Source: Bryobacterales bacterium (GTDB lineage: Bacteria > Acidobacteriota > Terriglobia > Bryobacterales > UBA6623). Taken from it: DNA of 64,000 bases. The notes beneath the pieces were generated by a model. It was not told the origin of the DNA and did not search any database. It worked only from the letters and a program-made list of their open reading frames with translations. Shown piece by piece: positions 46,094 through 58,099 of this stretch. The stretch covers positions 583,342 to 647,341 of the forward strand of contig CBDBIU010000004.1 in assembly GCA_965206025.1 (NCBI GenBank). The letters run 5' to 3'. A program made the position numbers and the translations under genes. The stretch's first letter is position 1, and each line of letters starts with the position of its first letter.

Positions 46094-49000
46094 TCACTCC
46101 GGCGGCTGAACCGGGGATTCCAGCGGGGTTTGTTCGCCCAGGCCGCCTGGGTACTCGATGGGCGTCTCCTCGCCGTAGCCGGGGATTCCACTGAGGTATT
46201 CGACTTCGGGAACGATTTCCTCGGGCTCGTCTTCGCCGGCGATCTTCGCTTGGCGGTAGACGTCGAGGCCGGTACCGGCCGGGATGAGCCGTCCGACGAT
46301 CACATTTTCCTTCAGACCGCGCAGGGAATCGACCTTGCCGCTGATGGCGGCTTCGGTGAGTACCCGGGTGGTCTCCTGGAAAGAGGCGGCGGAGATAAAC
46401 GAGTCGGTCGCCAGCGACGCCTTGGTGATACCCATCAGCAGAGGCCGACCGACCGACGGAGCTTTCTCCTTGTCAAGCAGCGCGCGGTTGATGTGCTGAA
46501 ACTTGAATTTGTCGACCACCTGCTCGAGCAGGAATTCCGAGTCGCCGACATCCTCAACCTTGATCCAGCGCATCATCTGGCGGACGATGACCTCGAGGTG
46601 CTTGTCGTTGATGTTCACCCCCTGGAGCCGGTAGACCTCTTGGATTTCATTCACCAAGTACTTCTGCAGCTCTTTTTCCCCCAAGACGGCCAGGATGTCA
46701 TGGGGATCGCGTGGGCCGTCCATCAGCGGCTCGCCGGCGACAACGTGCTCGCCCTCCTGGACATTGATGTGTACCCCGCGCGGGATGAGATATTCTCGTT
46801 CTTCCCCGTTGTCGGCCGCGACGAGGATCTTTCGCTGACCTTTGGTGATTTCTCCGTAGCGAACGGTTCCGTCGATCTCGGAGATGACGGCGGTTTCTTT
46901 CGGACGGCGCGCCTCGAACAGCTCGACGACCCGCGGCAGCCCGCCGGTGATATCCTTCGTCTTCGTGGTCTCGCGGGGAATCTTGGCCAGCACATCTCCG
47001 GCGTGGAGATCCTCTCCGTCGCGAACCATCAGGTGGGCGTTGGTGGGAACCAGGTACTTTCTGAGCTTCTTGTTGTCTGGGCCGCGAATCTCGATGCGGG
47101 GCTGCTTTTTCTCATCGGGAGAGTCGGTTACCACCCACTGCGACAGCCCGGTCACCTCGTCCACCTGCTCCTGCAAGGTAACGCCCTCCTGCAGATCGTT
47201 GAAGCGGACCAAACCTCCGACTTCGGTCAAGATCGAGAAGGTATAAGGGTCCCATTCAAGAAGGATTTGGTTGGCCGAAACGGCCTGTCCATTGTCGACG
47301 CGAAGCTTGGCGCCGTAGACGACCTGGTAGCGCTCTTTCTCGCGCCCCTTATCATCAACGACGGCCACGATGCCGTTGCGGTTCATGGCCACCAGGTCGC
47401 CGAGGTGATTGCGGACCGTGGTGATGGAAATAAACTTGGCAAAGCCATCGGATTTGGCATCCTGGGTGGACTGTTCGGAAATCCGCGTGGCGGTGCCGCC
47501 GATGTGAAACGTGCGCATCGTCAACTGCGTACCGGGCTCTCCGATCGATTGCGCCGCGATGACTCCCACCGCTTCGCCGCGTTCGACCAGCCGGCCGGCC
47601 GCTAGATTTCGCCCGTAACACATGTGGCACACCCCGCGTTCGGCCTCGCAGGTCAACACCGAACGGATGTTCACCCGCTCGATGCCGGCCGCCTGGATGG
47701 CGGCCGCGAGCTCTTCGGTGATCTCCTGGTTGACGCCCACGATCAGACCGCCCTCATAATCGCGAATTTCTTCCAGGGAGACTCGCCCGACAATACGGTC
47801 CCTGAGCGGTTCGATGACCTCGCCGGACTCGACGATCGGTTCGACGTAGATCCCCTCGTTGGTGCCGCAGTCGGCATGGGTGATGATCACGTCCTGGGCG
47901 ACATCGACCAAACGGCGCGTCAGGTACCCGGAATCGGCTGTCTTCAGGGCTGTGTCGGCCAGGCCCTTGCGGGCGCCGTGGGTAGAGATAAAGTACTGCA
48001 GTACGTTGAGCCCTTCGCGGAAGTTGGCGGTGATGGGGGTTTCAATGATTTCACCACTCGGCTTCGCCATCAGGCCGCGCATGCCCGAGAGCTGGCGGAT
48101 CTGCTGTTTCGAGCCGCGGGCGCCCGAGTCGGCCATGATATAGATCGGATTGATTGCCTCACCGCTCTGATCTTGCGACTCCAACCCGTCGAACATCTCG
48201 TCGGAGACGCGTTCGGTGACCTTGGACCAAATCTCGATGATCTTGTTGTAGCGTTCCCCGTGAGTAATCGCGCCGTCGAGGTACTGCTGCTCGACCGCCA
48301 TGACTTCCTTTTGAGCACCCTTGACGAGGCCCATTTTCTCCGCCGGCACGACCATATCGTCGATGCCGATCGAGATGCCGGCCTGCGTGGCGTAATGGAA
48401 GCCCAGAGTCTTGAGCTTGTCGAGCATCTCGACCGTTTCTTCCCGGCCGTAGCGCAGGTAGGCATACTGCACCAACTGGGCCATCCCTTTCTTCTTGAGA
48501 AGCCCGTTGATGAAGGGCATCCGCTCGGTCAGATGGTCATTGAGAATGACACGGCCGACGGTGGTATTCATGTACTGCTTGCTGTACTGGACGGGTTCGG
48601 CATGCAGAATGTCTTGATTGTCAAAAGCGTTGGTCAGATCGATGACCCAACCGCTGTAGTAGAACTTGATCGGCGTCAGGGTCTCGACTGCCCTCATTTC
48701 GAGCGCCAACAGCACTTCCTCGACGCTGCCGAACGTACGCCCTTCCCCTTTGGCGCCGGGCCGAGCCTTGGTGAGGTAATAAAGCCCCAAGACCATGTCC
48801 TGGGTAGGCGTGGTGATGGGCGCGCCGTTGGCCGGCGAGAGGATGTTGTGAGAGCTCAGCATGAGGACCTGGGCTTCCACTTGCGCCTCGGGCGAAAGCG
48901 GGATATGGACGGCCATCTGGTCGCCGTCAAAGTCGGCATTAAAAGCCGTGCAGACCAAGGGGTGGATTTTGATCGCCTTGCCTTCGACGAGAACCGGCTC

Positions 49001-50311
49001 AAAGGCCTGGATTCCCAGCCGATGAAGCGTCGGGGCGCGATTGAGCAGCACCGGGTGATCTTTAATCACCTCCTCGAGGATGTCCCAAACCACGGTGTCC
49101 TGCTGCTCGACGAGTTCCTTGGCTTGCTTGATCGTGGTGCAGTGCCCGCGCTGCTCGAGTCTTTGGTAGATGAACGGCTTGAACAGCTCGAGGGCCATCT
49201 GCTTCGGCAATCCGCACTGGTGCAGCTTCAACTCGGGTCCGACGACGATCACCGAGCGGCCCGAATAATCGACCCTTTTGCCCAACAGATTCTGGCGGAA
49301 GCGGCCCTGCTTGCCCTTCAGGGTGTCGGAGAGAGACTTCAGCGGCCGATTGTTGGCTCCGCGGAGCACGTGGCCGCGGCGTCCGTTATCGAACAGCGCG
49401 TCGACAGCCTCTTGCAGCATGCGCTTCTCATTGCGCACGATCACATCGGGTGCGTTCAGTTCCATCAGCTTCTTGAGCCGGTTGTTGCGATTAATGACGC
49501 GCCGATAGAGGTCATTGAGATCCGAGGTGGCGAAGCGGCCCCCATCGAGTGGAACCAGAGGCCGCAATTCCGGAGGAATCACCGGGATCACATCGAGGAC
49601 CATCCATTCCGGCTTGTTGCCCGACCTACGAAAGGATTCGACCACCTTGAGCCGACGGGTGTATTTGAGCTTCTTTTGTTGGGACGTCTCTTCCTTCATC
49701 TTGACCCGCAAATCTTCGGCCAAGGCGGGAAGGGTCAATTTTTTCAGCAGCTCCTTGACGCCTTCGGCGCCCATCATGGCGACGAACTTATCGGGGTGTT
49801 CTTGCTCGAGCTGTCGATAGCGATCGTCGCTGACAACCTCCCCTTCACGCAGCCCGGTCTCCTCGGCCGCCTCGACGATGACGTAGGCTTCAAAGTAAAG
49901 AACCCGCTCGAGCTCGCGCATGGTAATGTCCAAGAGCTGGCCGATGCGGCTGGGCAGGCCCTTAAAGAACCAGACGTGGGAACACGAGGAGGCCAGTTCA
50001 ATGTGCGCCAACCGCTCTCGACGCACTCGACTGAGGGTGACTTCGACGCCGCACTTGTCGCAGATGACGCCGCGGTGCTTCATCCGCTTGTACTTGCCGC
50101 ACAGACACTCCCAATCCGTAGTGGGGCCAAAGATCTTGGCGCAGAAAAGGCCCTCCCTCTCCGGCTTGAACGTTCGGTAGTTGATCGTCTCGGGCTTGAG
50201 AACTTCGCCGTGAGACCAACTGCGAATTTTTTCGGGAGAGGCTAATCCGATGCGGATGCTGTCGAAATCCACGATGGCGCCGACACGCTCATAAGCACTA
50301 GATCGATACAA
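46094..50311 (-). CDS. rpoC: DNA-directed RNA polymerase subunit beta'
   Basis: 1405 aa. N-terminal Zn site ([23 protein letters not shown]), NADFDGDQM catalytic loop, bridge helix and trigger-loop regions. TTG start. Directly downstream of rpoB. Confidence 0.97.
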   Translation of the reverse strand: MYRSSAYERVGAIVDFDSIRIGLASPEKIRSWSHGEVLKPETINYRTFKPEREGLFCAKIFGPTTDWECLCGKYKRMKHRGVICDKCGVEVTLSRVRRERLAHIELASSCSHVWFFKGLPSRIGQLLDITMRELERVLYFEAYVIVEAAEETGLREGEVVSDDRYRQLEQEHPDKFVAMMGAEGVKELLKKLTLPALAEDLRVKMKEETSQQKKLKYTRRLKVVESFRRSGNKPEWMVLDVIPVIPPELRPLVPLDGGRFATSDLNDLYRRVINRNNRLKKLMELNAPDVIVRNEKRMLQEAVDALFDNGRRGHVLRGANNRPLKSLSDTLKGKQGRFRQNLLGKRVDYSGRSVIVVGPELKLHQCGLPKQMALELFKPFIYQRLEQRGHCTTIKQAKELVEQQDTVVWDILEEVIKDHPVLLNRAPTLHRLGIQAFEPVLVEGKAIKIHPLVCTAFNADFDGDQMAVHIPLSPEAQVEAQVLMLSSHNILSPANGAPITTPTQDMVLGLYYLTKARPGAKGEGRTFGSVEEVLLALEMRAVETLTPIKFYYSGWVIDLTNAFDNQDILHAEPVQYSKQYMNTTVGRVILNDHLTERMPFINGLLKKKGMAQLVQYAYLRYGREETVEMLDKLKTLGFHYATQAGISIGIDDMVVPAEKMGLVKGAQKEVMAVEQQYLDGAITHGERYNKIIEIWSKVTERVSDEMFDGLESQDQSGEAINPIYIMADSGARGSKQQIRQLSGMRGLMAKPSGEIIETPITANFREGLNVLQYFISTHGARKGLADTALKTADSGYLTRRLVDVAQDVIITHADCGTNEGIYVEPIVESGEVIEPLRDRIVGRVSLEEIRDYEGGLIVGVNQEITEELAAAIQAAGIERVNIRSVLTCEAERGVCHMCYGRNLAAGRLVERGEAVGVIAAQSIGEPGTQLTMRTFHIGGTATRISEQSTQDAKSDGFAKFISITTVRNHLGDLVAMNRNGIVAVVDDKGREKERYQVVYGAKLRVDNGQAVSANQILLEWDPYTFSILTEVGGLVRFNDLQEGVTLQEQVDEVTGLSQWVVTDSPDEKKQPRIEIRGPDNKKLRKYLVPTNAHLMVRDGEDLHAGDVLAKIPRETTKTKDITGGLPRVVELFEARRPKETAVISEIDGTVRYGEITKGQRKILVAADNGEEREYLIPRGVHINVQEGEHVVAGEPLMDGPRDPHDILAVLGEKELQKYLVNEIQEVYRLQGVNINDKHLEVIVRQMMRWIKVEDVGDSEFLLEQVVDKFKFQHINRALLDKEKAPSVGRPLLMGITKASLATDSFISAASFQETTRVLTEAAISGKVDSLRGLKENVIVGRLIPAGTGLDVYRQAKIAGEDEPEEIVPEVEYLSGIPGYGEETPIEYPGGLGEQTPLESPVQPPE

Positions 50312-50431
50312 GGTGACCTCCTGCGCTATTCATTCCACGAATGGGCTTGGCGGGCCATACATCCCGCCCTGTTTACGATCGAAGCGCCGCGGGAGCGCCT
50401 CTTGGTTCGCGCCGTTTCCGCCGGCACAGGC

Positions 50432-53400
50432 TCAGTCGGCCGCCAAGGCCGTCTGAATCACGTCCTGCTGCTTTTTAATCAACTCCACGTCGAGGCACAA
50501 CGACTGCAGTTCGCGAATCAGCACGTTGAACGATTCCGGGATGCCGGGCTCGATCGCGGCCTCGCCCTTGACGATCGCTTCATAGATCTTGGCCCGGCCG
50601 TGCACGTCGTCGGACTTCGCCGTGAGCAACTCCTGCAAGATGTGAGCAGCGCCGTAGGCCTCGAGGGCCCAAACTTCCATTTCGCCGAATCGCTGGCCGC
50701 CGAATTGAGCCTTTCCGCCCAGCGGCTGCTGAGTAATCAGCGAGTACGGTCCGATCGAGCGGGCGTGGATCTTGTCGTCGACGAGATGGGAAAGCTTCAA
50801 CATGTAGATGTAGCCGGTGGTAACTTGCTGCTCAAACGGCTCTCCGGTCAGTCCGTCACGCATGATCGTCTTGCCCGAAGTAGGCAGAGTGGCCTTCTTG
50901 AGCTGCTCCTTGATCAAGGTCTCCCCCGGACCTTCGAAGACCGGAGAAGCGAACTGGACGCCGAGCACCTTAGCGGCCCAGCCAAGGTGGGTCTCCAGAA
51001 TCTGGCCCACATTCATCCGGGAAGGGACGCCTAGCGGATTGAGGACGATCTCCACCGGCTTGCCGTCGAGAAGGAAGGGCATATCCTCCTCGGGGAGGAT
51101 ACGGGCAATGACCCCCTTGTTACCGTGCCGGCCCGCCATTTTGTCACCGACCGAAAGCTTGCGCTTCATGGCGATATAGACCTTCACCATTTTGATGACG
51201 CCGGGCGACAGCTCATCGCCCTTCTTCAGCTTCGCCACACGCTCGTCGGTGAGTTTTTCGAGCACCTGAACCTGGCGGACCGTCATCTCTTCGATCTCGT
51301 CGATCTGGACGTTGAGGCCTGCCTTCTTCTCGCGGATGCGCATCCTCTTGAGATCGCGCCCCCGCAGCCCCTCCAGGATCTCCCGAGTCAGAACGTCGCC
51401 CTTTTCGAGCAGCCTCTTGTTCGTACGTTCATCATGGAGGTCGGAGGCGACAATTTTGCCCTCGATCAGCTTGGCCAACCGCTTGGCCCGCTCGTCATAG
51501 AGAATCCTTTTCTCATCGTCGAGGTTGCGCTGCAGGCGGGCGACGGTGGCCGTCTCAATCGCCTTGGCTCGCTCGTCCTTGTCTTGACCCTTCCGCGAGA
51601 AGACCTTGGCGTCCACGACGATGCCGGAAATACCCGGCGGGCAGTAGAGCGAGGCGTCCTTGACGTCGCCGGCCTTTTCCCCGAAGATCGCCCGCAGCAG
51701 CTTTTCCTCCGGCGTGAGCTGCGTTTCTCCCTTGGGGGTCACCTTGCCGACGAGAATATCTCCCGGGCGCACCGTCGCGCCGATCCGAATGATCCCGCTT
51801 TCGTCCAAGTTACGGAGAAAGCTTTCCGCGATATTCGGTATGTCGCGCGTGATCTCTTCCGGGCCCAGCTTGGTATCGCGGCCCTCCAGCTCGAATTCCT
51901 CGATATGGATCGAGGTGTAGTAGTCTTCCTTGACCAATCTTTCGCTGACGAGAATCGCGTCCTCGAAGTTATAGCCCCGCCAGGGCATGAAGGCGACCAG
52001 GACATTGCGGCCTAGGGCCAGTTCGCCGGCCGCCGTACAGGGGCCGTCGGCCAACACCTGTCCTTTCTTCACCCGATCTCCGACGCGAACGATCGGCTTT
52101 TGGCTGACGCAAGTGTTCTGGTTCGAGCGTTTGAACTTCACCAGCTGGTAGATGTCGGCGCCGACCTCCCGCGACATGTGCCCCTCGTGGAAGCTGCCGT
52201 CCACGCGCACGATGATTCTTTCCGAGTCCACCGAATCCACGGTGCCGCCGCGCTTACACAAAACGACCGCGCCGGAGTCGCGGGCCGCTACGCGCTCCAT
52301 ACCCGTACCGACCAGAGGCGCCTCGGCCTGCAACAGCGGCACGGCTTGGCGCTGCATATTGGAGCCCATCAGCGCGCGGTTGGCATCGTCATTCTCCAGG
52401 AAGGGAATCAGGCTGGCGGCCACGGAAACCAATTGTTTCGGACTCACGTCGACGTACTCGATCTCGGCGCGGCGCTTGAGTTGGAAATCGCCGGCCACGC
52501 GGCAGTTGGCCAGTTCGGGGACGATCCGTCCTTTCGGATTCACCTCGATGTTGGCCTGGGCAATGATGTACTTGTCTTCCTCCCAGGCGGAAAGGTAATG
52601 GCAGTGGGATTGATATTCCGCCGCTCGCTTGGAAGCGCTTAGCGCCTTGTTGGCCCTGTCGACGACATCCCTGGAGACTACCCCTCCCGTCTTGAGACGA
52701 GTGCCGCCACCGCTGATGATTTGCACCTCGTCAATCACCATGCCGTTTTCCACCCGCCGGTAGGGGCTTTCAATGAAGCCGTAGTCATTGATGCGGGCAA
52801 AGCAGGACAGCGAGCTGATCAGCCCGATGTTGGGGCCTTCGGGAGTTTCGATCGGACAGATCCGCCCGTAATGGGTGGTATGGACGTCGCGCACCTCAAA
52901 ACCGGCCCGCTCGCGGGACAGTCCCCCCGGACCCAGAGCCGACAGACGCCTTTTGTGGGTGATCTCCGAGAGCGGGTTCGTTTGGTCCATGAACTGCGAA
53001 AGCTGACTGGAGCCGAAGAACTCGCGGATCGCCGCCATCACCGGCTTGGCGTTCACCAGGTCGTGCGGCATCGCCGTCGACATCTCCTGATAGACCGACA
53101 TCTTTTCCTTGATGGCCCGCTCCATGCGCACCAAGCCGATGCGGAACTGGTTTTCGAGCAATTCGCCGACCGCGCGCACCCGGCGATTACCCAGGTGGTC
53201 GATGTCGTCGACGTCGCCGATGTTGCGGCGCAGCTTGAGCAGGTAGTTGATGGTGACGTAGAAGTCCTCCGGTTCCAAGGTGCGCTTGTCGAGCGGCGTG
53301 GCATCGAGCTTTCCATAGAGCTTGATGTTGAACTTCATGCGACCGACACGCGAGAAATCGTACTTGCGGGGATCGAAGAACATGCCGCGGAACAACTGGG

Positions 53401-54733
53401 TCGCCGTTTCCAGGGTTGGGGGATCGCCGGGCCGGAGCTTGCGGTAGATCTCGATGAGAGCGTCCTGCTGGGAGGTGACGTTGTCTTTCTTCAACGTCGT
53501 TGAGATGACCACGCCCACCTCATCGCGCTCGGGAAAGAACACGTCGAAGTCTTTAACGGAAGCGTCCATGAAAGCGACGATCTGCTCGGCGGTGAGTTCC
53601 GTATTGGCCTCGGCCAACACTTCCCCGCTCTTTTTATCGGCGACGTCGGCGGCCAGAAACGCGCCTTCCAGATCCGCCGGCTCGACCGGCAGGCTCTTGA
53701 CTTTCGCCTTCTGGATCTCCTTCAGCAGGCCGCGCGTCAGCTTGCGGCCTTTGGCGGCGAGCACCTCCCCCTTCGCGTCGGTGACTGCTTGGGACAGCTT
53801 GGCTCCCAACAGACTTTCTGAAACCTTGCGCAGTAGCTGCCGGCCGCTAATACGGATGCCGTCGACCGTGTAGAAGCCCCGCAGGATCTCCTCATCCGTT
53901 TTAAGTCCCAACGCGCGCAGAAAGACCGTCCCCAGAAACTTCCGTTTTCGATCGATCCTGACATGGAGCAGGTTTTTGGCGTCGTATTCAAACTCGACCC
54001 AACTGCCGCGATAGGGAATAATTTTGCCCAAAAAGGAGGTTCGCCGGTTGGTCGATTCAAAGAAGGCGCCAGGAGAGCGGTGCAACTGCGAAACGATCAC
54101 TCTTTCGGTTCCGCTGATGATGAAAGTCCCGCCGTCGGTCATCAGCGGCACTTCGCCGAAGAACACTTCTTGCTCTTTGATGTCGCGAATGATCTTCTCG
54201 CCGCTGTCGGCGTCTTTCTCGTAAATGGTCAGCCGGATGGTGACCTTAAGGGGCGCGGCGTAGGTCATCCCCCGCTCCTGGCACTCCTCGACGTCGTACT
54301 TGAGCTTCAAGCCGACCGGATCGCCGCACTTGGTGCAGAAGGTGACGAGATTCGCGTTGTAGTTTCCGCACACCTGGCAGGCGATCTCCTCCAGCCCGTA
54401 GGGGTCGGTCTGGATCGTAGCGCCGCAGTTCTTGCAGGTCGAGCGAAGGTGATGGAGACCCCGCAGATGGCCGCACTTGCACTCCCAATCGCCGATGGAG
54501 TAGTCGACAAACTCCAACTGGCTCAAGCCGCGGAAGTCGGTGATTGGGAATACGGAGCTAAAAACCGCCTGTAAACCAGTGTCGTCTCGCTCGCTGGGCA
54601 AGCGATCCATCTGCAAGAATCGCTCGTAGGAATTTTTTTGCACCTCGATCAGATTGGGGATCGGGATGGCGGTGCGGATTCTGGAAAAGTCAAATCGCTC
54701 TGCGTGCGAGCCGTTCATCGTGGTCGATTCCAT
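50432..54733 (-). CDS. rpoB: DNA-directed RNA polymerase subunit beta (with an N-terminal Cys-rich insertion)
   Basis: 1433 aa with conserved beta regions throughout (e.g. [60 protein letters not shown]). There is a ~60-aa insertion at residues ~83-144. Confidence 0.97.
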   Translation of the reverse strand: MESTTMNGSHAERFDFSRIRTAIPIPNLIEVQKNSYERFLQMDRLPSERDDTGLQAVFSSVFPITDFRGLSQLEFVDYSIGDWECKCGHLRGLHHLRSTCKNCGATIQTDPYGLEEIACQVCGNYNANLVTFCTKCGDPVGLKLKYDVEECQERGMTYAAPLKVTIRLTIYEKDADSGEKIIRDIKEQEVFFGEVPLMTDGGTFIISGTERVIVSQLHRSPGAFFESTNRRTSFLGKIIPYRGSWVEFEYDAKNLLHVRIDRKRKFLGTVFLRALGLKTDEEILRGFYTVDGIRISGRQLLRKVSESLLGAKLSQAVTDAKGEVLAAKGRKLTRGLLKEIQKAKVKSLPVEPADLEGAFLAADVADKKSGEVLAEANTELTAEQIVAFMDASVKDFDVFFPERDEVGVVISTTLKKDNVTSQQDALIEIYRKLRPGDPPTLETATQLFRGMFFDPRKYDFSRVGRMKFNIKLYGKLDATPLDKRTLEPEDFYVTINYLLKLRRNIGDVDDIDHLGNRRVRAVGELLENQFRIGLVRMERAIKEKMSVYQEMSTAMPHDLVNAKPVMAAIREFFGSSQLSQFMDQTNPLSEITHKRRLSALGPGGLSRERAGFEVRDVHTTHYGRICPIETPEGPNIGLISSLSCFARINDYGFIESPYRRVENGMVIDEVQIISGGGTRLKTGGVVSRDVVDRANKALSASKRAAEYQSHCHYLSAWEEDKYIIAQANIEVNPKGRIVPELANCRVAGDFQLKRRAEIEYVDVSPKQLVSVAASLIPFLENDDANRALMGSNMQRQAVPLLQAEAPLVGTGMERVAARDSGAVVLCKRGGTVDSVDSERIIVRVDGSFHEGHMSREVGADIYQLVKFKRSNQNTCVSQKPIVRVGDRVKKGQVLADGPCTAAGELALGRNVLVAFMPWRGYNFEDAILVSERLVKEDYYTSIHIEEFELEGRDTKLGPEEITRDIPNIAESFLRNLDESGIIRIGATVRPGDILVGKVTPKGETQLTPEEKLLRAIFGEKAGDVKDASLYCPPGISGIVVDAKVFSRKGQDKDERAKAIETATVARLQRNLDDEKRILYDERAKRLAKLIEGKIVASDLHDERTNKRLLEKGDVLTREILEGLRGRDLKRMRIREKKAGLNVQIDEIEEMTVRQVQVLEKLTDERVAKLKKGDELSPGVIKMVKVYIAMKRKLSVGDKMAGRHGNKGVIARILPEEDMPFLLDGKPVEIVLNPLGVPSRMNVGQILETHLGWAAKVLGVQFASPVFEGPGETLIKEQLKKATLPTSGKTIMRDGLTGEPFEQQVTTGYIYMLKLSHLVDDKIHARSIGPYSLITQQPLGGKAQFGGQRFGEMEVWALEAYGAAHILQELLTAKSDDVHGRAKIYEAIVKGEAAIEPGIPESFNVLIRELQSLCLDVELIKKQQDVIQTALAAD

Positions 54734-55123
54734 CTGCTACTCCTGAAAAGTTCCGATCCAGCGACCGAATCGAAGAGGAAATGGTGATGCCAACCGCAAG
54801 TAATACCTGTCAGCTCCCGGTCAGTACGCGCTAGCGGCACCGTCCAGGCGGCTGCGCAAACCACAAAAGATGAGGTAGGAACGTATGCCGAAACACGAGC
54901 GGGGATTGACCCCTCTCTGCCTTGATAGACCTTGCGTCCAGCCCAGTTTGCGGAAAGGCACCGCAGGCCTGGCTGGCTGTTCCGTGATAGAAAACTTTCC
55001 TAGTACTGCACACACGAAGTCCAGCAGTCCCCAAAAGTCAAATTGCCCGGATAGGAAGAACAGGCGAATCTGCGCGCCCCGACGGATCTAGTATAGCACC
55101 CCGGTGCTGTCAATTCAAATGGC

Positions 55124-55625
55124 AGTCTTGTCTCATGCAAGATGAGTCTGAACGAGGAGTTTGTTTCTCACACAAGATGAGCCTGAAGGATCGGGGAGTG
55201 GGCATGCTGGGAATTGACTATCCAAGTGCAAAACACCAGCAAGCTGAACCTGCAACAGATCCAGCAGTTTCTCCACTCCAGCGAGGAGATTCGATTCAAA
55301 GGCAAAGGGCGGGCCGAGATCTACACGTGGGTGGCGCGCACGCTTCGCCAGCACGGCTACAGCCGCCAAAACCGCGCCGACAAAGGGCTGCTGCGGCAGT
55401 ATCTGGTCAAGATGACCGGACTGAGCCGGGCGCAAATCACGCGTGATCCAGCAGTACCGGCAGGGCGGAGAACTCCAACCCGCCCGCTACCGGCGGCATC
55501 GCTTTGCCCGCAAGTACACGCCCGCCGACGTCGAACTGCTGGCGGCGGTGGACGAGGCCCACGAAACCCTCAGCGGCCCGGCCACGCGCAAGATCCTCGA
55601 GCGGGAATACCAGCAGTACCAGCAG
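55124..55625 (+). mobile_element. Partial (5' 502 bp) copy of the rve-type IS that follows it
   Basis: It matches 55626-56129 except for a 2-bp deletion (ACGCG--TGATCC at ~55445 versus ACGCGGCTGATCC). It breaks off after ...TACCAGCAGTACCAGCAG and runs straight into the left end of the full copy. Confidence 0.85.
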
Positions 55626-57204
55626 AGTCTTGTCTCATGCAAGATGAGTCTGAACGAGGAGTTTGTTTCTCACACAAGATGAGCCTGAAGGATCGGGGAG
55701 TGGGCATGCTGGGAATTGACTATCCAAGTGCAAAACACCAGCAAGCTGAACCTGCAACAGATCCAGCAGTTTCTCCACTCCAGCGAGGAGATTCGATTCA
55801 AAGGCAAAGGGCGGGCCGAGATCTACACGTGGGTGGCGCGCACGCTTCGCCAGCACGGCTACAGCCGCCAAAACCGCGCCGACAAAGGGCTGCTGCGGCA
55901 GTATCTGGTCAAGATGACCGGACTGAGCCGGGCGCAAATCACGCGGCTGATCCAGCAGTACCGGCAGGGCGGAGAACTCCAACCCGCCCGCTACCGGCGG
56001 CATCGCTTTGCCCGCAAGTACACGCCCGCCGACGTCGAACTGCTGGCGGCGGTGGACGAGGCCCACGAAACCCTCAGCGGCCCGGCCACGCGCAAGATCC
56101 TCGAGCGGGAATACCAGCAGTACCAGCAGCGCGAATACGAGCGGCTGGCGGGGATCTCGGTGGCCCAGATCTATCGCCTGCGGCGGCGCAGAGCCTACCG
56201 CCAGCGGCGGCTGCATTTCACCAAGACCCGGCCCACGGCGGTGTCGATCGGCGAGCGGCGCCGGCCCGACCCGCAAGGCCAACCCGGCTTTCTGCGAGTG
56301 GATACGGTGCATCAAGGGGATCGCGATGGCGTCAAGGGCGTCTACCACATCAATGCCGTGGATGAAGTCACCCAGTGGCAAGTGGTCGGCGCCACGCCCG
56401 CGATCAGTGAAGCCTGGCTGGAGCCGTTGCTGAAAGCCATGATCGAGCAGTTTCCCTTTCGTATCCGCGGCTTCCATTCCGACAACGGCAGCGAGTTCCT
56501 CAATCGCACGGTGGAGAAGCTATTGAACAAGCTGCTGATCGAACAGACCAAGTCGCGTCCGCGGCACTCCAACGACAACGGCTTGGTGGAATCGAAAAAC
56601 GGCGCGGTGATCCGCAAACACATGGGATATACGTACATCGCGGCGCCGCACGCGGGGCGCATCCAGCGCTTCTACCAACAGCACTTCAATCCCTATTTGA
56701 ACTTCCACCGGCCCTGCGGACAGCCCGAGATCAAGACCGACGCCAAAGGCAAGCAGAAGCGGGTGTACCGCCACTACCAGACGCCTTGGGAATCTTTCGA
56801 GAAGTTGCCCGAGGCCGCCAGCTATCTCAAGCCAGGGCAGAGGCTGGAGGCTCTGGGCCGCATTGCCCAGGCCGAAAGCGACACGGCGGCGGCCCGCCGG
56901 ATGCAGCGAGCCAAGCAGAAGCTGTTTGCCAGTTTCCGTTCCGCGAACACGCCGTGCTGAACAGCAGGAAGAGGGCTGTGGAAATGACGGGCGATGGAAA
57001 ACGAGGAAAACCAAAACCAGGTTTCCCTTCGTTTCCCACCGCCCTTGGAAATCGCTCCGCGATTCCCACAATCCCACAACCCCGACGACGATTCTCCCCT
57101 TCCCAAAACTCAAAATCAAAAAGCCCGAAAGGAGCCCCAGCGACTCAAAAAGCCCCAACCCCCGTCTTCAGGCTCATCCTTCGATGAGAAAATGCTGACA
57201 GACT
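55626..57204 (+). mobile_element. Insertion sequence encoding an rve (integrase-core) DDE transposase, IS481/IS1202-like (1579 bp)
   Basis: Left end AGTCTTGTCTCATGC... and right end ...GCTGACAGACT. The subterminal repeat AAGATGAG(T/C)CTGAA occurs twice near the left end (55641-, 55676-) and once inverted near the right end (57165-57181). The family assignment is approximate. Confidence 0.75.
55716..56960 (+). CDS. Integrase-core (rve) domain DDE transposase
   Basis: 414 aa with an HTH-like N-terminus and an rve core (FLRVDTVHQGD...YHINAVDEVTQW...FHSDNGSEFLN...HSNDNGLVESKNGAVIRK). Confidence 0.88.
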   Translation: MTIQVQNTSKLNLQQIQQFLHSSEEIRFKGKGRAEIYTWVARTLRQHGYSRQNRADKGLLRQYLVKMTGLSRAQITRLIQQYRQGGELQPARYRRHRFARKYTPADVELLAAVDEAHETLSGPATRKILEREYQQYQQREYERLAGISVAQIYRLRRRRAYRQRRLHFTKTRPTAVSIGERRRPDPQGQPGFLRVDTVHQGDRDGVKGVYHINAVDEVTQWQVVGATPAISEAWLEPLLKAMIEQFPFRIRGFHSDNGSEFLNRTVEKLLNKLLIEQTKSRPRHSNDNGLVESKNGAVIRKHMGYTYIAAPHAGRIQRFYQQHFNPYLNFHRPCGQPEIKTDAKGKQKRVYRHYQTPWESFEKLPEAASYLKPGQRLEALGRIAQAESDTAAARRMQRAKQKLFASFRSANTPC

Positions 57205-57643
57205 CGCGGACATCGCGGACATGTCAACGCCGGCCGCCCTGAAGTGTGTTGCTGCGCGGCAGGAGGCATGCTTCGAGCTTCTTCGCAACCTCGACGACAT
57301 CGGGCTTACCGACCCCGGATTCTCCGAGAAGGGCCGCCTCAAGCCTTCGTTCTTCCGCTTTAGCGCAGCTTGGAAAGACAATCCCCAACCAGAGATCCTG
57401 CGAAAAGAACTCGCTGCTCGTGGAATCTCCGCATCCGTTGAATCTCCGCCTGCCCGTCTCCTATATCGACGAGCCGCATTCCAGGCCCAATTTCCGGCGT
57501 ACGCACCGTCGAACGGCGACTGCCGAGTAGCTGAGCACCAAGAAAAACCCCGCCTTTGCCTTGTAAGAAAATGATCGGGTTGTGTGTTAACTCAGTGAGC
57601 CGGCTGAGGGTGGGGGGAGGGTGCTCTCGACAGCTACAAAATT

Positions 57644-58099
57644 GGCTCTTCCGGGTTTTTAGTGGGTGGCCAACGGGTAGCCGGCTCCTCCATCCTGCCG
57701 ACCCGACGTCGCCCGCAGTCACATCGGAGCCCAAAAGGCGGCCAAGAAATCCCCAAATACCCCACACGCCAGTCCGGTCGTGGGCAACTCGTAAAGGGAA
57801 TAAGACACTGATAAACAGGGAGTTATCTCTTTGAGTGTGGCCACTGGATGACAGTTGTGGATCTGCATTTCACAGCCTTCGGGAGACTGTACGACTACCT
57901 GCCAGCAACCTTGCTCTACTCGTAACCCTTTGTTTATCAGTAATTCTTTTTGGCCAACGCAGTCGCCGCCCGGCCTTGGGGGCCGTAGAGTTGTCACGAA
58001 GCCCTTGAATGGCACCGAAGCAGGCTCCGGGAGGTCGGCCTCACAGTGGCGAGGGATCCGTCACTCACCGCCGCCAGCCACTAAAATCCCAGAAGAGCC
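57644..58099. mobile_element. 456-bp non-autonomous ISL3-derived element (MITE)
   Basis: Termini GGCTCTTCCGGGTTTTTAGTGGG... and ...CCACTAAAATCCCAGAAGAGCC are inverted repeats and closely resemble the ISL3 termini at 2136/3434. There is no transposase ORF. A perfect 8-bp direct repeat ACAAAATT lies at 57636-57643 and 58100-58107. Confidence 0.85.

Noticed and set aside
45968-50245. Two very long plus-strand ORFs (545 aa at 45968-47605 and 873 aa at 47624-50245)
   Set aside because: They lie antisense to rpoC and have Arg/Gly/Leu/Asp-rich, motif-free translations. This is the usual open antisense frame of a GC-rich, strongly codon-biased gene. The rpoC identity on the minus strand is unambiguous.
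55214-56365. 383-aa plus-strand ORF spanning the duplicated IS region, and the 280-aa antisense ORF at 55635-56477
   Set aside because: The first is a chimera. It starts with the transposase N-terminus of the partial copy, goes out of frame at the 2-bp deletion, and reads through the junction into the second copy. The second is antisense to the real transposase.
57221-57574. 117-aa plus-strand ORF between the rve-type IS and the ISL3-type MITE
   Set aside because: I recognise no family motif, there is no ribosome-binding site, and it is wedged between two mobile elements. It may be a gene relic, but I cannot support a call.
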